From IMG/VR virus record IMGVR_UViG_3300021399_004696: 64,000 nucleotides of DNA; one strand, given 5' to 3'. Below, in pieces: positions 61,714 through 64,000 of the stretch. Source of the stretch: an uncultured virus (IMG/VR IMGVR_UViG_3300021399_004696) (taxonomy: Duplodnaviria > Heunggongvirae > Uroviricota > Caudoviricetes). The notes under the pieces were generated by a model that was given only the letters and a program-made list of their open reading frames with translations, had not been told where the DNA came from and did not search any database. Both the position numbers and the translations under genes were made by a program. Each line of letters begins with the position of its first letter. The first letter of the stretch is position 1.

Positions 61714-61787
61714 AGGCGTATGATGTAATGGTAGCATGACGGTCTCCAAAACCGTTTGTGTGGGTTCAAGTCCTACTACGCCTGCCA
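61714..61787 (+). tRNA. tRNA-Trp(CCA)
   Basis: Loop CTCCAAA; GCCA end. Confidence 0.93.
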
Positions 61788-61798
61788 TTAAAATAAAT

Positions 61799-61874
61799 GC
61801 CGAATTAACTCAGTTGGTAGAGTAGCGGTATCGTAAACCGCAGGTCGTGGGTTCGAGTCCCACATTCGGCTCCA
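61799..61874 (+). tRNA. tRNA-Thr(CGT)
   Basis: Loop ATCGTAA; CCA. Confidence 0.93.
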
Positions 61875-61876
61875 AC

Positions 61877-61909
61877 TTCCGGGTAGATTCGCCAGTGATG
61901 TGGCATACT
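61877..61909 (+). promoter_or_regulatory. TTCCGGG-N20-CATACT internal promoter
   Basis: Recurrent motif with TGn extension. Confidence 0.7.
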
Positions 61910-62006
61910 GAGATTAGTAACGAGGAAGGTGAAGGTATCATTCATGAATGTCACTGTTGTAATTGCGGAGCCCGCATTACATACAGAATACCGATAGGAG
62001 AAGAAA

Positions 62007-62243
62007 ATGAGGAAGCATAATGTCGATGAAATTCATCTGTCTGTAGATAAGGTTGAGATAGTTAATGATACGGTTATCATTAGCTGGAGCTCGGATATTG
62101 GATTCGGCGAGTACGAAATCTGTTGGTCTGAGGAAGCACAGGAATGGTGTGCATACACAGAATGTATGGATAGGGACGACGATAAGGCGTTCGGAGCCAA
62201 ACTTTTGGCACTGTGGATGGAGCAGATAAAGATAAGGGATTGA
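62007..62243 (+). CDS. hypothetical protein within the tRNA array
   Basis: AGGAG RBS; WSSDIGFGEY and TECMD..DK motifs. Confidence 0.75.
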   Translation: MRKHNVDEIHLSVDKVEIVNDTVIISWSSDIGFGEYEICWSEEAQEWCAYTECMDRDDDKAFGAKLLALWMEQIKIRD

Positions 62244-62250
62244 TCAAGAC

Positions 62251-62325
62251 GGCCGTGTAGTGTAAACGGTAGCACAGCAGACTTTGACTCTGTTAATGTG
62301 GGTTCGATCCCCGCCACGGCTGCCA
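62251..62325 (+). tRNA. tRNA-Gln(TTG)
   Basis: Loop CTTTGAC; GCCA end. Confidence 0.92.
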
Positions 62326-62348
62326 CATAGCAAATAATTTTTGAATAA

Positions 62349-62425
62349 GCGCCCGTAGCTCAGACGGTAGCAGCACTTGACTTTTAATCAAGGGGTCATG
62401 GGTTCGAATCCCATCGGGCGTACCA
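62349..62425 (+). tRNA. tRNA-Lys(TTT)
   Basis: Loop CTTTTAA; CCA. Confidence 0.94.
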
Positions 62426-62492
62426 ATATGAAGAATCTTGGCAAATCTGAAGTTGTACTTTGGATCAGTCAAATATACTGGAGAATGTTGAA

Positions 62493-62792
62493 ATGAAAAA
62501 ACTGCTGATCTTAGCTACTATGCTGTTTATGGTACTTGCTACTTTACTGGGCATTTGGTGCTATCGTGAATATAGGGCTGAGGAGAATGCCAAGGGCATT
62601 TGCATCAGTTATCGTGATCTTGATGTAGGGAGTACGTACGGGTTAGATGTTACATTCTATTCAGACGAAGAGCAGGTCGTAGGAACAGGGTATGTAGAAT
62701 TTCAGCCTGAGACAAAAGATTCATCTTGTTGCTTGATAGACTGCGATGTTCCTGAAGGAGCCACACACGCATCTTTCAATATAGTAGAGTAA
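62493..62792 (+). CDS. small membrane-anchored or secreted hypothetical protein
   Basis: GGAG RBS; MKKLLILA hydrophobic N-terminus. Confidence 0.75.
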   Translation: MKKLLILATMLFMVLATLLGIWCYREYRAEENAKGICISYRDLDVGSTYGLDVTFYSDEEQVVGTGYVEFQPETKDSSCCLIDCDVPEGATHASFNIVE

Positions 62793-62808
62793 ATAGGTTT
62801 TATAATAT

Positions 62809-62882
62809 TGCGAGGAGGGTCTGGTTCCCAAGAAGCTCTCATAAGGCTTCCTATCCGAGTTCAAGTCTCGGCTTCGCAACCA
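62809..62882 (+). tRNA. tRNA-Met(CAT), atypical (initiator-like acceptor stem)
   Basis: TGCGAGG/CTTCGCA; loop CTCATAA; reduced D arm; lacks the three G-C initiator pairs. Confidence 0.7.
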
Positions 62883-62887
62883 CATAC

Positions 62888-62978
62888 GACGGGGTGGCGG
62901 AGTCCGGTCTAACGCGCCGGTCTTGAAAACCGGAGGCCTCGCAAGGGTCCGTGGGTTCGAATCCCACCCCCGTCGCCA
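62888..62978 (+). tRNA. tRNA-Ser(TGA)
   Basis: Loop CTTGAAA; long variable arm; GCCA end. Confidence 0.94.
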
Positions 62979-62982
62979 TTAT

Positions 62983-63058
62983 GCTTCCATAGCTCAGTAG
63001 GCAGAGTGCATCCATGGTAAGGATGAGGTCGTCGGTTCGATCCCGACTGGAAGCTCCA
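62983..63058 (+). tRNA. tRNA-Thr(GGT)
   Basis: Loop ATGGTAA; CCA. Confidence 0.93.
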
Positions 63059-63063
63059 ATTAT

Positions 63064-63138
63064 AGCCCGATCGTATAACGGCTAGTATAGCGGTCTCTGG
63101 AACCGCGGATGAAGGTTCGATTCCTTCTCGGGCTGCCA
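63064..63138 (+). tRNA. tRNA-Gln(CTG)
   Basis: Loop CTCTGGA; GCCA end. Confidence 0.9.
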
Positions 63139-63150
63139 AACTTTTACTAT

Positions 63151-63241
63151 GCCGTGGTACCTTAGTGGGGAGGAGGCGCGGTTTCGAAAACCGTCGGTCG
63201 TGAATAACGATCTGTGAGTTCAAATCTCACCCACGGCGCCA
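63151..63241 (+). tRNA. tRNA-Ser(CGA)
   Basis: Loop TTCGAAA; long variable arm; GCCA end. Confidence 0.88.
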
Positions 63242-63274
63242 GGAATATGAAAGACTATTTAATTGTATAGAAAT

Positions 63275-63363
63275 GTCGTCATGGGGTAATGGTAGCCCAA
63301 GAGCCTGCTAAGCTCTCCAACCCATTACGGGTTGTCCGAGTTCGAGTCTCGGTGGCGACGCCA
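63275..63363 (+). tRNA. tRNA-Ser(GCT)
   Basis: Loop CTGCTAA; long variable arm; GCCA end. Confidence 0.9.
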
Positions 63364-63369
63364 GATCTG

Positions 63370-63397
63370 AAAGCACTCTCTTCGGAGGGTGTTTTTG
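63370..63397 (+). terminator. intrinsic terminator ending the tRNA array
   Basis: GCACTCTC-TTCG-GAGGGTGT plus T run. Confidence 0.85.
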
Positions 63398-63428
63398 TTA
63401 TGTTGCAAAGAAAAAGCGGTGGTCGTAA

Positions 63429-63461
63429 TGCCGGGCTTTTTTAGGAGCTGCTGAGTAATAT
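63429..63461 (+). promoter_or_regulatory. TGCCGGG-N20-TAATAT promoter motif
   Basis: Variant of the recurrent motif. Confidence 0.65.
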
Positions 63462-63493
63462 GAAGACATAATACAGAAAAAGGAGTGTTTATC

Positions 63494-64000
63494 ATGCACA
63501 ATTTTAAGAAAGTTATCGGAATGTCGGTTTTAGCAAGTATTTTGCTTATGGGCTGCAGTGCAACCGAACCTACAGCTTCATTGGCGCCAACAGACTCTTC
63601 TGCTGGGGTAGAAGGGACAGCAATCGAGACAAGCGCAGTAGCAGAGACTACAGGGGTAGAGAACGTATCTGACTTGTCAGGTTATACCTTAGATGAAGGG
63701 TTTATGCCGTTCAGCTCAATTACTATTAACGGGACTGAGTACGCGTTCCCTGCAGCTTACAGCACGCTGGCAGAAGTTTTTCCTCTTAACGCCGAAATTA
63801 TGGGTGAATTTGCTCCTAACGGGTTGTACCCCGGAATGGAAGTAGCGTCTTATGTAACGTCTGATGACGGAGCAACACCGATCTATCCCGGTATTACGAT
63901 CTCTGTCGGAAATTATTATCAGGATATGTCCGGCGGCGACACTATCGCTATAGAGGATGGTCTGGTAAGGCATATTATCATTAATACGTGGGGAGACGAG
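63494..64000 (+). CDS. lipoprotein, truncated by the window end
   Basis: AAGGAG RBS; MHNFKKVIGMSVLASILLMGC lipobox; frame appears open to the edge. Confidence 0.75.
   Translation, partial: MHNFKKVIGMSVLASILLMGCSATEPTASLAPTDSSAGVEGTAIETSAVAETTGVENVSDLSGYTLDEGFMPFSSITINGTEYAFPAAYSTLAEVFPLNAEIMGEFAPNGLYPGMEVASYVTSDDGATPIYPGITISVGNYYQDMSGGDTIAIEDGLVRHIIINTWGDE

Larger units (their letters stand above)
1..64000. mobile_element. segment of a large conjugative element (megaplasmid or giant ICE) with phage-like replication genes and a tRNA array
   Basis: Relaxase, VirD4 and VirB4 cluster, phage-type PolA/VirE/VRR-NUC genes and a tRNA array. No housekeeping operons and no virion genes recognised. 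Element ends are not in the window. Confidence 0.8.

Noticed and set aside
57547..63223. ORFs overlapping tRNA genes (e.g. 61035..61463, 61128..61769, 59954..60319)
   Set aside because: Spurious frames across tRNA sequences.
57373..63363. Suppressor tRNAs or alternative genetic code
   Set aside because: No CTA, TTA or TCA anticodons found; genes read through in the standard code and TAA, TAG and TGA all serve as stops.

Overview
A 64-kb segment of a large Firmicutes (probably Clostridia-type) conjugative mobile element, most likely a megaplasmid or giant ICE. Every credible protein gene is on the + strand. It carries: a split C5 DNA methyltransferase flanking a HipA-like kinase; a MOBP relaxase and Gram-positive T4SS (VirD4, two pilin-like proteins, VirB6-like, PrgI, VirB4, CHAP hydrolase); a dispersed phage-type replisome (DUF2800 nuclease, SSB-like protein, family A polymerase, VirE-like helicase, VRR-NUC); an FCT-like sortase-B pilus locus with a 3465-aa adhesin; RNA repair enzymes; a 57-aa ArfA-like ORF missing from the ORF track; and an array of 35 tRNA genes covering all 20 amino acids, interleaved with several orphan structured RNAs. 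The most striking signals are: (1) an attenuator upstream of the tRNA array whose 48-codon leader peptide uses all 20 amino acids and 42 distinct codons, a candidate pan-tRNA depletion sensor; (2) 15 copies of an element-specific promoter motif, TTCCGGG-N20-(-10 box); (3) two small RNAs with seeds complementary to the translation start region of the polymerase gene. All calls were made by eye; no database searches or folding programs were run.
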